From contig JACPKY010000002.1 of NCBI GenBank assembly GCA_016186795.1, positions 529,044 to 593,043 of the forward strand: a stretch of DNA of 64,000 nucleotides. The letters run 5' to 3'. Both the position numbers and the translations under genes were made by a program. This DNA comes from Candidatus Gottesmanbacteria bacterium (GTDB lineage: Bacteria; Patescibacteriota; Microgenomatia; 2-02-FULL-39-11). Every line of letters begins with the position of its first letter. The stretch's first letter is position 1. The notes beneath the pieces are model-generated. The model was given only the letters and a program-made list of their open reading frames with translations, ran no database searches and had not been told where the DNA came from. This document shows, in pieces, positions 18,439-27,702 of the stretch.

Positions 18439-18533
18439 TCTCCCCATTCCTTTATCACAGTACCCTATTTATTATGTACCGGCAGAAGAATGAAAAGAGG
18501 ATAACGACTCTGGCGTCTTCTGCCAGAACTGCA

Positions 18534-19253
18534 TTAACCAATATTAATTCGTTTTCTCAAATATGTTCCGACTCCGAAAAGGGCCGAAAGCCCACCAAGA
18601 GATAGAATCCATTCTCCCGGTCCTGCCTGGGGAACAGTTGGCACAACAAACTCTTTTTCTATACAGAATTGGCTCTCATCGTGATCTTTTTCTCTATCAG
18701 ATGTCGCATCAACGACATTTACAGGACACGCAACTGATTTATCTCCCGGAAGCTGGTCAACTGGTACTACTTTTGTCTTAATTTCGAATGTTTGAGAAGC
18801 ACCTCCAGCTAGATTTTCGAGGGTCAATGTTATCATTCGTGTTTTACTATCATAGGTTCCCGGACCGGAGACAAACTCCACAAATTGAGGCAAGCGGTCC
18901 GAAACTGTCACATTGGAAAGCGCCTGATCCCCTGAATTTTTGACGATTATCCTAAAAAGAACTTCCCAATCCGGACGGTATTTGGGGTCATTGGGACCAA
19001 GATTATCAACATACTCACCGGTTGAGGGGTTACGCACAAGTTTATTAAGGAATACTTCGGGAGGTTTGGGGCATTGTACTCCGCCGCCATAGACCGGGAA
19101 ACACGTTGGAGTTGGGCAAATCACTCCTCCTCCGTAGATAGGAGTACACTTGTCACCTTCTATGCCATCAGCATAGACCAAAGATGTATTTGAAACGGTA
19201 CTTCCCAAAAAGACAGTCAAAAAAAAGACTGCCCCTATCATGATTTTATTCAT
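18534..19253 (-). CDS. Secreted DUF11 (Ig-like) protein with LPXTG-like C-terminal anchor
   Basis: Signal peptide; F.I.VKNSG...NVTVSDRLP DUF11 pattern; VPQAG + TM + RKR tail. Confidence 0.8.
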   Translation of the reverse strand: MNKIMIGAVFFLTVFLGSTVSNTSLVYADGIEGDKCTPIYGGGVICPTPTCFPVYGGGVQCPKPPEVFLNKLVRNPSTGEYVDNLGPNDPKYRPDWEVLFRIIVKNSGDQALSNVTVSDRLPQFVEFVSGPGTYDSKTRMITLTLENLAGGASQTFEIKTKVVPVDQLPGDKSVACPVNVVDATSDREKDHDESQFCIEKEFVVPTVPQAGPGEWILSLGGLSALFGVGTYLRKRINIG

Positions 19254-19283
19254 AAAATATGGTTTGGCAGTAAACTACGGGGA

Positions 19284-19312
19284 ATACTAGCATGGGGAAC
19301 TACTTTTGTCAA
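19284..19312 (-). promoter_or_regulatory. Sigma70-type promoter for the DUF11 gene
   Basis: TTGACA-N17-TAGTAT. Confidence 0.6.
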
Positions 19313-19429
19313 GTACTATAAGATCTATTTATTTCTTTCATTATTGATTACTCAATTCTATAACTCTAGCGGTATAAGCTTAAAAGGAAACGATTCCATA
19401 TCATCGTTTCAATTACTATAGGGAGATTA

Positions 19430-19903
19430 TTACCTCAAAAACTTTGTGCGGTAGATCACAAGTGCTCGCTTTGCAAGGATTTGAACTTCTTTGGGAAGAG
19501 GCAGTTTCCCAAGGTCAGACATTTCCGCCCAGAGGAAATCTTCTTTCATACGAAGCCTTCCAATATTTGAGGCTGTAGCAAAATAGATGCAATCAAGATG
19601 AATATGTGCTGGAGTTTTACCAAATCGAGGTATATTTTCCTCAAGAATTGCCTCTGGAAGACGCAACTCATTTACCACAGGAGTTTGGATGGGGTTTCTC
19701 CTTGGAGCTATCATAATTTCTATTGACAATCCTGTTTCTTCTTTTACTTCACGAAAAAGTGCTTCCTTTGGATTTTCTCCTTTTTCTACATGCCCGCCAA
19801 TACCAATCCATAACCCAAGCTTTTTATGGTGATGCAGAAGTACTTTTGGCTTTCCGGATATCTCCGCAATAATATAGGCTGTCGCGGTAAGATGTTTTAT
19901 CAT
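19430..19903 (-). CDS. NUDIX hydrolase
   Basis: GGHVEKGE...ALFREVKEETGL Nudix box; HIHLD. Confidence 0.9.
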   Translation of the reverse strand: MIKHLTATAYIIAEISGKPKVLLHHHKKLGLWIGIGGHVEKGENPKEALFREVKEETGLSIEIMIAPRRNPIQTPVVNELRLPEAILEENIPRFGKTPAHIHLDCIYFATASNIGRLRMKEDFLWAEMSDLGKLPLPKEVQILAKRALVIYRTKFLR

Positions 19904-20826
19904 ATCTCAGCAAGTTCTGACCCATACGAGAGAAATTCTTCTCCTTTTCGACAATACGTTTTCTCAAGCCCCCAAAGAAATTGGCCATCCCGCTTTGCAA
20001 TGTACCGATGAACACAGTCTCCGGTAAGTGATCGGATCTCTCCAAGAATAGTATTTTTTTTAAATTTCCCTCTCCCCTCAATTGTTGGATACCACAGCCC
20101 ATTTTGTGAGGCAAACTCCTCATGAATCTCTCGATAGACGTTTTTTTTCGAATTATTGATTCTTCCTTTTTTCATTCCTAACGACTTCATAACAGATTCT
20201 ACCCAACGAAGATGCAGATTTACCCACTTATTATCCCTTGCCCCTAAATCTCCTGATTCGGCCATTATGTAGGAAATACCTAGACTTCCAACCTTTACCG
20301 GCTTCCCTCCCCATACACCTGGCCGCTCGTAGGTAATTATCCCCTTGGGAAGAGCATGAAGAATTTTTATATTTCTTTCATTAACCTCTCTATTCTCTGT
20401 TTCGTACATCAAAAGTACGGGAGATAATCGTTCATACACAGATGCTCCATGAAGATCGAGCCAAACAGAGACTCCTGACAATATTTTTTGGTACAACCAG
20501 TAAATAAGACGTTCGCTTGGTGAACCAGTTGGCTTTCCTGGAAAAATATGTTTGGGAAATTTTCCGTCAAGAGGATTATAAGATGTTCCAGTTTCAAACC
20601 CAGGGATATTTACAATGGGGACGACAAGAAGCGTCCCAGAAAAGTTTCCGCCTTTATATTTCTCCCAAACTTTATATGCCGCATCAACGGCCGCATACTC
20701 ATCTCCATCCATTCCTGCTGTTACTAAAAGAGTATGTCCTGATAATTTTCCTCTAATCCTAGCAATAGGAATGGAGATTGTTTTTTCTCCTAAATTTACC
20801 TTCTCCAACTCTAAGGATGCGTTCAT
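19900..20826 (-). CDS. Succinylglutamate desuccinylase/aspartoacylase (M14) family protein
   Basis: AGMDGDE (His replaced by Asp relative to HGDE), FPG...GS.SER, DLHG, AESG; start MNASLE. Confidence 0.8.
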   Translation of the reverse strand: MNASLELEKVNLGEKTISIPIARIRGKLSGHTLLVTAGMDGDEYAAVDAAYKVWEKYKGGNFSGTLLVVPIVNIPGFETGTSYNPLDGKFPKHIFPGKPTGSPSERLIYWLYQKILSGVSVWLDLHGASVYERLSPVLLMYETENREVNERNIKILHALPKGIITYERPGVWGGKPVKVGSLGISYIMAESGDLGARDNKWVNLHLRWVESVMKSLGMKKGRINNSKKNVYREIHEEFASQNGLWYPTIEGRGKFKKNTILGEIRSLTGDCVHRYIAKRDGQFLWGLEKTYCRKGEEFLSYGSELAEI

Positions 20827-20985
20827 AGTTCTTATTCTACCCAGCTGTATTATACGGCATACCCACGTAACTTGAGTTTGCAACTCAAGTTACTCAGTAT
20901 AGACCCATCTAATCCGCTTTTTCACCCGTTCCGGGTTGCAAACCGGAGTAAGATGGGTATATCTATGGTACAATTGGCCTGATTT

Positions 20986-22551
20986 ATGGCCAATATCTCG
21001 CTTTCTCAGTCTTTTCAGGATCTTTTTGCCGACTTTCAGGAGCTCGAATATCTTGCAGTAAGTTATAGGCAAAAATTGCAGCAGTTCGTAAAAGATGTTG
21101 AGAAGACAAAAAAGTATATTTTACCTTCAACACTTCTGTTTGTAACTTCTGAAGCTGAAAAATATCTCTCGCGCCTTGAAAAAATACTTACGCAACTTTC
21201 ACTTCTAAAAACTCAATGCAGAGAGAAATACTCGGAAAGTCACTTGCAGCGTCTTATTGGTGGAAAGCGGAAAATGAAAGATTTGTTGCGATCAATTAGT
21301 GGACTTCTCTCAACCCTTATTACTTCAACCGACTGGCAGTCCCCTTCCATTGACTATTCCGTATTCCCAACATCCGGAAAACAAGCGGGAAAAACTATCG
21401 GTGGAATAAACGATTACAAGCGTGATACACATATCGATGCCCAGGTTTTCGAAAAGCTATACCTTAAGGAATACGTTGATGCTCCCTTCAAATTCCTCGT
21501 TCATGCCTACGCGGTAAATTCCGGTATGGCAGCCTTTTCAACAATTCTTAATTTTCTCCTTATGGAGGGAAAACTAAATAGTGGCGTCCTTATCGGAAAA
21601 AATGTCTATTTCCAAAATAAGGAACTTCTGACCTCCGTTATTAAAAAAAGATTAATCGAGATCGAAGAGTGGAATACGGAGAAAATTATAAAAGTAATAA
21701 GAAAAAAGAAACCTGGTGTTGTTTATTTCGATGCGTTGTCAACTTCAGTGAATACTGCCATGCCAAACATTCCTGCAATAATTCAGGAGATCCTTCGATC
21801 CGCCAGTAGGCGGACTCAAGATGATATTTATTTCCTTATCGATATAAGCTGTTTATCAGCTTCTTTCCAAATTTGGAAAGAGGTTATCGGCAAATCCAGA
21901 AAGTTTCACTGTATCGTCTTTGAAAGCCTCAATAAATTCAGCCAATTTGGGCTAGATCGAGAAATGGGAGGTATAATTTTAGCCTATGGAAAGGACACTG
22001 GAAACCTATTTGAGTACAGAAAGAACTCGGGTACAATAATTACTCATAACTCAGTGTATGCAATACCGACTCCAAACAAGAAAAAGCTTCTGAAACGGAT
22101 TGAAAGACATGAAAGGAATACAAAAATACTCGCCGAAAAATTGCAGATGTACATTGACGAGCATCCGTATTCGGCAATTGAAAAAATTTGGTATCCAGGC
22201 CTTCCCTCCCATCCATCATTTCCTTATACAAAAAACTTGAGATTTAAAGGTACCTTTTTTAGCCTTCAATTCAAGCGGATTCTGCAATCGAAGCGGAAAT
22301 ATCAGCAATTTATCAACCTGGTCCTGACGGAGGCAAAAAATCAAAATGTACCAATTATTGAGGGAACGAGTTTTGGACTCGATACAACGAGAATCTATCT
22401 TGCGGCTGCATATACAATCCATGCTCTTCCCTTTATACGCATTGCAGTGGGTACGGAAACAATAATTGAGATAGAAAAAATCGCAGGCGTCCTCATCGGC
22501 TCAATGAACACATTTACTCATAGACTTCGAACAAAAATACCTTTCCTATAA
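20986..22551 (+). CDS. PLP-dependent enzyme, Cys/Met-metabolism (cystathionine gamma-synthase-like) fold with N-terminal extension
   Basis: NSGMAAF, ESLNKF (PLP Lys), WYPGL.SHP, TSFG, IRIAVG.E. Confidence 0.75.
   Translation: MANISLSQSFQDLFADFQELEYLAVSYRQKLQQFVKDVEKTKKYILPSTLLFVTSEAEKYLSRLEKILTQLSLLKTQCREKYSESHLQRLIGGKRKMKDLLRSISGLLSTLITSTDWQSPSIDYSVFPTSGKQAGKTIGGINDYKRDTHIDAQVFEKLYLKEYVDAPFKFLVHAYAVNSGMAAFSTILNFLLMEGKLNSGVLIGKNVYFQNKELLTSVIKKRLIEIEEWNTEKIIKVIRKKKPGVVYFDALSTSVNTAMPNIPAIIQEILRSASRRTQDDIYFLIDISCLSASFQIWKEVIGKSRKFHCIVFESLNKFSQFGLDREMGGIILAYGKDTGNLFEYRKNSGTIITHNSVYAIPTPNKKKLLKRIERHERNTKILAEKLQMYIDEHPYSAIEKIWYPGLPSHPSFPYTKNLRFKGTFFSLQFKRILQSKRKYQQFINLVLTEAKNQNVPIIEGTSFGLDTTRIYLAAAYTIHALPFIRIAVGTETIIEIEKIAGVLIGSMNTFTHRLRTKIPFL
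21787..21824 (+). repeat. Half palindromic repeat element in frame within the PLP-enzyme gene
   Basis: GAGATCCTTCGATCCGCCAGTAGGCGGACTCAAGATGA resembles the right arm of the intergenic element at 22569-22643. Confidence 0.65.
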
Positions 22552-22568
22552 AGACCTGAGAGATACAG

Positions 22569-22643
22569 GTCATCCTGAGGTGCTGACCGAAGGATCTAGC
22601 AAATAACGGGATTCTTCTCCGCCAGCCGGCGGATCAGAATGAC
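22569..22643. repeat. REP-like palindromic element (GTCATCCTGA...TCAGAATGAC type)
   Basis: Inverted termini; internal GAAGGATCT/GGATTCTTC arms and a TCCGCCAGCCGGCGGA hairpin. Confidence 0.75.
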
Positions 22644-22670
22644 AAGGGGTGATTTTGATATACTGGAAAG

Positions 22671-23855
22671 ATGCAAAAATTCAAATCTTCCTCATTTATT
22701 ATTTTTCTCATTGTATTTATTAATTTTTTAGGATACGGCATTGTATTTCCTACTCTTCCCCTTCTTACAGAATCTTACGGTGGTACTCCCTTTTTGTCCG
22801 GAATATTTATTGCTGCATTTTCCTTCATGCAAGTTTTGGCAATGCCAATACTTGGAAGGCTATCTGATAAGTACGGAAGAAGGCCTCTTCTTTTATTTTC
22901 ACTTTGGGGGACCTTTTTTTCTTTTTTTCTCATGGGTATTACCCATAGTCTTTTGTGGCTTCTTATTGCAAGAATCATTGATGGGGCATCGGGAGGAAAC
23001 CTTTCCATCGCCCAAGCTTATATTGCCGATATTACAGACAGAAAAAATAGATCTTCTGGAATGGGAATTATTGGTGCAGGTATTACGCTTGGATTTATCA
23101 TTGGACCTGTATGGGGAGGAATATTTTCTAAAATCAGCCCGACTGCCCCATATTTTTCGGCAGCGGTAATCACACTTATCAGTATACTTTTGACTCAGTT
23201 TTTGCTGCCGGAGTCAGTTTCAAAAAAAGAAAAAGTATATGAAAAATCTCACTTCAATTTTGCCACCTTGTTTAAACATTTTAGAAATGCTCCTCTTTTT
23301 ATCCTTTTTATTGTTACTCTTCTTCTTTTTTGGGGACAATCTGGAGTCTATACAACACTTAGTCTTTTGGGCAATGATGTTTTCCACTTGACGCTATTAA
23401 AAACTAGCCTCCTTTTTGCTTTCGGAGGAATCCTTTCAGCATTTATCCAAGCATTTCTTATTGGGAAAGTTACCAAATTCATTTCAGAGGAAAAACTCCT
23501 TATTATTAGTGCTATTTCCGGTACAGTTGGTTTTTTCTTTATGGCAATTTCAGAAAATATTGCAATCTTTGTTGTTGGCATGACCATTTTTTCTATTGGG
23601 AATGGATTCCTTGCCCCTATTTCACAAGGATTAGTTTCAGAACTCGCTTCTGAACATGAACAGGGCGGTATTATGGGTATTTTGCAAAGTTTTGGATCTA
23701 TAGGAAGAATTATTGGACCACTTCTTGCTGGTTTTATTTACCAAACGTTAAATCCCTTTGCGCCAAGTGCTATGGGAGCAGTCGTTTTTGCCGGCATTGC
23801 CATCCTGGGAACTCAATTTATGAGGAAAAATACTTCACCGCATTTTGAAAAATGA
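22671..23855 (+). CDS. MFS transporter (TetA/DHA1-like)
   Basis: GRLSDKYGRR motif A; ARIIDGASGG; about 12 TM. Confidence 0.92.
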   Translation: MQKFKSSSFIIFLIVFINFLGYGIVFPTLPLLTESYGGTPFLSGIFIAAFSFMQVLAMPILGRLSDKYGRRPLLLFSLWGTFFSFFLMGITHSLLWLLIARIIDGASGGNLSIAQAYIADITDRKNRSSGMGIIGAGITLGFIIGPVWGGIFSKISPTAPYFSAAVITLISILLTQFLLPESVSKKEKVYEKSHFNFATLFKHFRNAPLFILFIVTLLLFWGQSGVYTTLSLLGNDVFHLTLLKTSLLFAFGGILSAFIQAFLIGKVTKFISEEKLLIISAISGTVGFFFMAISENIAIFVVGMTIFSIGNGFLAPISQGLVSELASEHEQGGIMGILQSFGSIGRIIGPLLAGFIYQTLNPFAPSAMGAVVFAGIAILGTQFMRKNTSPHFEK

Positions 23856-24627
23856 AATAGCCATCCCCAAACTTCGGAAGTTTTACCTTCCTTCGCAGTA
23901 ACTCCTCTTTTTGCCGATGCCATAAAGGGTGCTGAAAAGAATATAGTGCCCGATCAGGATGTGGCATAAGTCCGAATATTTTGCCTGTAGGATCTGTTAC
24001 AGCTGCAATATTTTCAACTGATCCATTCGGATTATCCGAAAGATCAATTGCGGTACAGATCGTCCCACGAAAATACCGAAGGGCAATCCTTTTCTTTTTC
24101 TCTAACTTTTTCAAAACTTCCCTCGATGCGAAGAACTTTCCCTCTCCATGAGCGATAGGAAGAGAAAGTGTTGTAATTCCTCGTAACCAAAGCGAATCAT
24201 TTGTAACTTTGAGGTCTACCCACCGTACTGTATAGCGCGCGTTCTTATTGAGAAGAAGGGCAATTTCTCTTTTGCCAAAACGCCCATCAAGCGCGGGAAG
24301 AAGTCCGAGGTTTGCCAAAATCTGAAATCCGTTGCAGATTCCAAGCACAAGTTTATCCCGACGAACAAATGATAAAATCTCTTCCCAAAGATGATTTCTC
24401 ATCCGACTTGCAAATGCCAGTCCAGATCCCAAATCATCTCCAAAAGAAAATCCCCCTGGAACAACGAGTATTTGATAGGATGATAGTTTCTTTTGCTTTG
24501 AGATAATGTCATTAATATGGACAATTTCTGACACTGCTCCGGCAAGTTCAAATCCGAAGCGCGCTTCTTCTTCGCAATTAAGACCATATCCCGAAAGAAC
24601 AATTACTCGCGGTTTATTCATAGTCAA
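23818..24627 (-). CDS. purQ: Phosphoribosylformylglycinamidine synthase, glutaminase subunit
   Basis: PGGFSFGD, GICNGFQIL, AHGEG, NPNGS, LMPHP. Confidence 0.93.
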   Translation of the reverse strand: MTMNKPRVIVLSGYGLNCEEEARFGFELAGAVSEIVHINDIISKQKKLSSYQILVVPGGFSFGDDLGSGLAFASRMRNHLWEEILSFVRRDKLVLGICNGFQILANLGLLPALDGRFGKREIALLLNKNARYTVRWVDLKVTNDSLWLRGITTLSLPIAHGEGKFFASREVLKKLEKKKRIALRYFRGTICTAIDLSDNPNGSVENIAAVTDPTGKIFGLMPHPDRALYSFQHPLWHRQKEELLRRKVKLPKFGDGYFIFQNAVKYFSS

Positions 24628-27596
24628 TAGTTTGCAAATTTTTTCCTGTAAGAGTTTAGAAGCTGAGATAAAGAAGTAACTACTAAATCTTTTCCCTGAC
24701 GATTTCTTATTCTGACAATATCATCTGAGGTAACTTTTCCAAGAAAACCTATCTCAAATCCTTTAAATTGTTTCTCAAACTGTTTTCTTTTATTTGGATC
24801 AATTGCAACAAGAATTCTTCCTTGGGACTCGGAAAATAACCCAAAATCATCTCGACTCCACTTCCCTGGTAATTTTTCCAGAGAAATATCAGCCCCGTGC
24901 TTCCCAGCCATGGATAGTTTTGATAAAGAAACACCTAATCCTCCACGGGTAACACTTACAGCTGAGGCAATAAGATTATTCTCTATTGCGTGGAAGTACG
25001 CTTTATACAGTCTCCGAAATTCTTTGGCCCGAACCTGTGGTACAGACGAATGAAAGATTGCATTATGATGGTTCTCTTTTAAATAGGTAAAATACTCCGA
25101 TCCTCCCAACTCATCATTTGTGCTACCAAGGATATAGATAAGATCGCCAGGAAATTTTGCATCAAGGGAAACAGTTTTTGAGATATCGGAAACAATTCCC
25201 ACTGATGAGATAAGAAGTGTCGGAGGGATAGAAATCTTGATCTTATTTCCATTGGTATCAAAACCAACAAAATCGTTAAACATACTATCTTTCCCTGAAA
25301 TAAAAGGAGTTTGGAAAGAAACCGCGTAGTCAAAACATGCTCTGGCAGCTTCTTTTAGTTGGTACAGTCGCTCCCTCTCGTTTGACGAACACCAACAGAA
25401 ATTATCTAAAAGAGCAATTGTTTCGGGATCTGCTCCAACGGCAATAACATTTCGTATTGCACTATCAAGACAGCACGCCGCCATCCGGTAACTATCAAGC
25501 TCACTGTATGATGGATAAAGACCATACGAAAGGGTAACTCCCCGGAAAGATGTCAAATCCGGACGGAACACCGTTGCCTCACTATTGACTCTACCAACTC
25601 CCTGGAGAGGCTTGAGAACAGATGTACTTTGCACTTCATGGTCAAATTGGGAAGAGATAAATTCAAAACTTGATGTATTCCACCTCCCAACCATATCGAC
25701 AAATGCTGATGTGTAATCGGTAATTTTTGGTACTGAGCTTTGCAAAGATACACGATTGAATTTCTTTGTTACCAAGTGCTTTCTGGGAAATCCGTCATGC
25801 AGAAATTGTAAATCTATATCCATAACTGTTTTTCCTTTGTACGAAACGTGGCATTTGCGGAAACGAGTAAATTTCCCTATGATTGTTGCCTCCACTCCTC
25901 TACTTTTGCAAAGTTGAGAAAATTTTCTCCATTTGCCTGGAGGGACTGCCAGAGTCATTCTTTCTTGGGATTCAGATATCCAAATTTGCCATGGAGAAAG
26001 ATTTGGATATTTTAAAGGAACTTTCTCAAGCTCAACCAAACATCCGCCTGATTCCTTTGCCATCTCGGCGACAGAACAGGAAAGTCCTCCTGCTCCGTTA
26101 TCGGTAATACTGTTATAGAGATTCAAATCGCGAGCCTCTTTGACAATTGCATCAGAGAACTTTTTTTGGGTAATCGGATCTCCGATTTGAACTGCTGAAA
26201 CCGGACTATTGCTATCAATAGGAACTGATGAAAATGTAGCTCCATGAATCCCATCTATCCCAACTCTTCCTCCAATCATGACAATATAGTCTCCAGATCG
26301 GGCCCTTTTTTCATAAAGCTTTTTCTTTCCAGATTTAAATGGCAGAAACCCGACAGTCCCCACAAACACCAACGGTTTTCCCTGAAAATCCTCATCAAAA
26401 TAGAGAAATCCGGAAGGAGTAGGAATCCCTGAGGTATTTCCTCCTCCATTTACTCCAGATACCACCCCTTCAAGAATTCTTTGCGGAGGAAGCATGGGGT
26501 GTTTCTTTCCCTTATCCCTATAAATTTGCCGTTTCACGGTTGGGGGTGCAAAACAAAACCCGTACGTATTGGCAACTGGTTTTGCACCAAGTCCAAAACC
26601 GATCGCGTCTCGGTTCACACCAACAATTCCAGTGATAGCACCTCCGAATGGATCAAGAGCCGAAGGGCTATTGTGTGTTTCTACCTTATGGGTAAGAAGG
26701 TGGTTCTTATCAAACCGAATTGCTCCCGAGTTATCAGAAAAAACACTCACGCAAAAATCTTTCTTTCCCTTTTTCTTTCGGACAAGTTCGGTCGCATGCT
26801 TTATGTATGTTTTATACAAACCCTCCTTCACCTCATCAATCTCACTTGAAAAAATTATATGCTTACAATGTTCGGACCACGTTTGCGCAAGTGACTCTAT
26901 CTCTATATCTGTCGGATTTCTCCCAAGCTTTTTAAAGTACTTTTTAATTTTTCTCATTGAGGAAAGATCAAGTGCCAGAGGTCCACGCCTTACTTCATCT
27001 TTCTCGGCAATACCGAGTGACCCAATGTTAGTTAGCTCCCCATCTGAAACGTCAAGATTCACAACCGACACAGATGGGACTGTCCTTATTAAGACTTTCG
27101 GTATGCGAAGGAAGAAACTGGATTTATTTAGGATGTCTGTATACGGATAGACATGCAAGCTTTGAATAAGTGGATTACCAAGACTATAGGCAATACTTTC
27201 ACAATCGTTTCTTTTTAAATCTCCTTTGAGGTAGGTTCTTTGGGATGAATAAGTACCTTCTCCATCTTTAAATCGTATTTTTAATTGGTCTTCAATCGTT
27301 TCTTTCAGCGTATGGGCAACGTTATCAGTAACTCCGGCAAGAAAACCTATCTCAATGATCCAGTCAAACTGTGGAAGAGTCGCTTTCCCCGTTGCTTTTT
27401 GAGTGATCGGATTTACCAGAAGCGATACAATCTGGTCGATCGCTTTTCGATCCAAAGACTTCTCTATTGTGTAAATGTCGGATATGGCAAGGGAAGAAAT
27501 TTTTTGGGCAAGACCGAGATTTTCTATGTGTCTTTTTCGTATCTCGGCTCGTGGATCGGCAATATTTGGGACAACTTCAATACTTGTAATCAACAC
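24624..27596 (-). CDS. purL: Phosphoribosylformylglycinamidine synthase PurL with N-terminal PurS-like extension
   Basis: QTWSEHCKH, ETHNSPS, DGIHGATFSS, DNGAGG, SESQERM, SGKDS; likely GTG start after AAGGGGG. Confidence 0.92.
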   Translation of the reverse strand: MLITSIEVVPNIADPRAEIRKRHIENLGLAQKISSLAISDIYTIEKSLDRKAIDQIVSLLVNPITQKATGKATLPQFDWIIEIGFLAGVTDNVAHTLKETIEDQLKIRFKDGEGTYSSQRTYLKGDLKRNDCESIAYSLGNPLIQSLHVYPYTDILNKSSFFLRIPKVLIRTVPSVSVVNLDVSDGELTNIGSLGIAEKDEVRRGPLALDLSSMRKIKKYFKKLGRNPTDIEIESLAQTWSEHCKHIIFSSEIDEVKEGLYKTYIKHATELVRKKKGKKDFCVSVFSDNSGAIRFDKNHLLTHKVETHNSPSALDPFGGAITGIVGVNRDAIGFGLGAKPVANTYGFCFAPPTVKRQIYRDKGKKHPMLPPQRILEGVVSGVNGGGNTSGIPTPSGFLYFDEDFQGKPLVFVGTVGFLPFKSGKKKLYEKRARSGDYIVMIGGRVGIDGIHGATFSSVPIDSNSPVSAVQIGDPITQKKFSDAIVKEARDLNLYNSITDNGAGGLSCSVAEMAKESGGCLVELEKVPLKYPNLSPWQIWISESQERMTLAVPPGKWRKFSQLCKSRGVEATIIGKFTRFRKCHVSYKGKTVMDIDLQFLHDGFPRKHLVTKKFNRVSLQSSVPKITDYTSAFVDMVGRWNTSSFEFISSQFDHEVQSTSVLKPLQGVGRVNSEATVFRPDLTSFRGVTLSYGLYPSYSELDSYRMAACCLDSAIRNVIAVGADPETIALLDNFCWCSSNERERLYQLKEAARACFDYAVSFQTPFISGKDSMFNDFVGFDTNGNKIKISIPPTLLISSVGIVSDISKTVSLDAKFPGDLIYILGSTNDELGGSEYFTYLKENHHNAIFHSSVPQVRAKEFRRLYKAYFHAIENNLIASAVSVTRGGLGVSLSKLSMAGKHGADISLEKLPGKWSRDDFGLFSESQGRILVAIDPNKRKQFEKQFKGFEIGFLGKVTSDDIVRIRNRQGKDLVVTSLSQLLNSYRKKFANY

Positions 27597-27702
27597 GTTC
27601 CCCCTTTTTGGCGCTTTTATCATGAAGGAAAAGACGAAAAAAATCAAGAGAAAGTTTTTGTTCTGTATCAAATGCTTGACAAAGAGTGATAAATCCTTTC
27701 TA

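Noticed and set aside
17867-18504. ORFs 17867-18115 (82 aa) and 18034-18504 (156 aa) as proteins
   Set aside because: They run through hairpins and repeat motifs and lack recognisable features; only the last 28 codons of the first are kept as a possible uORF.
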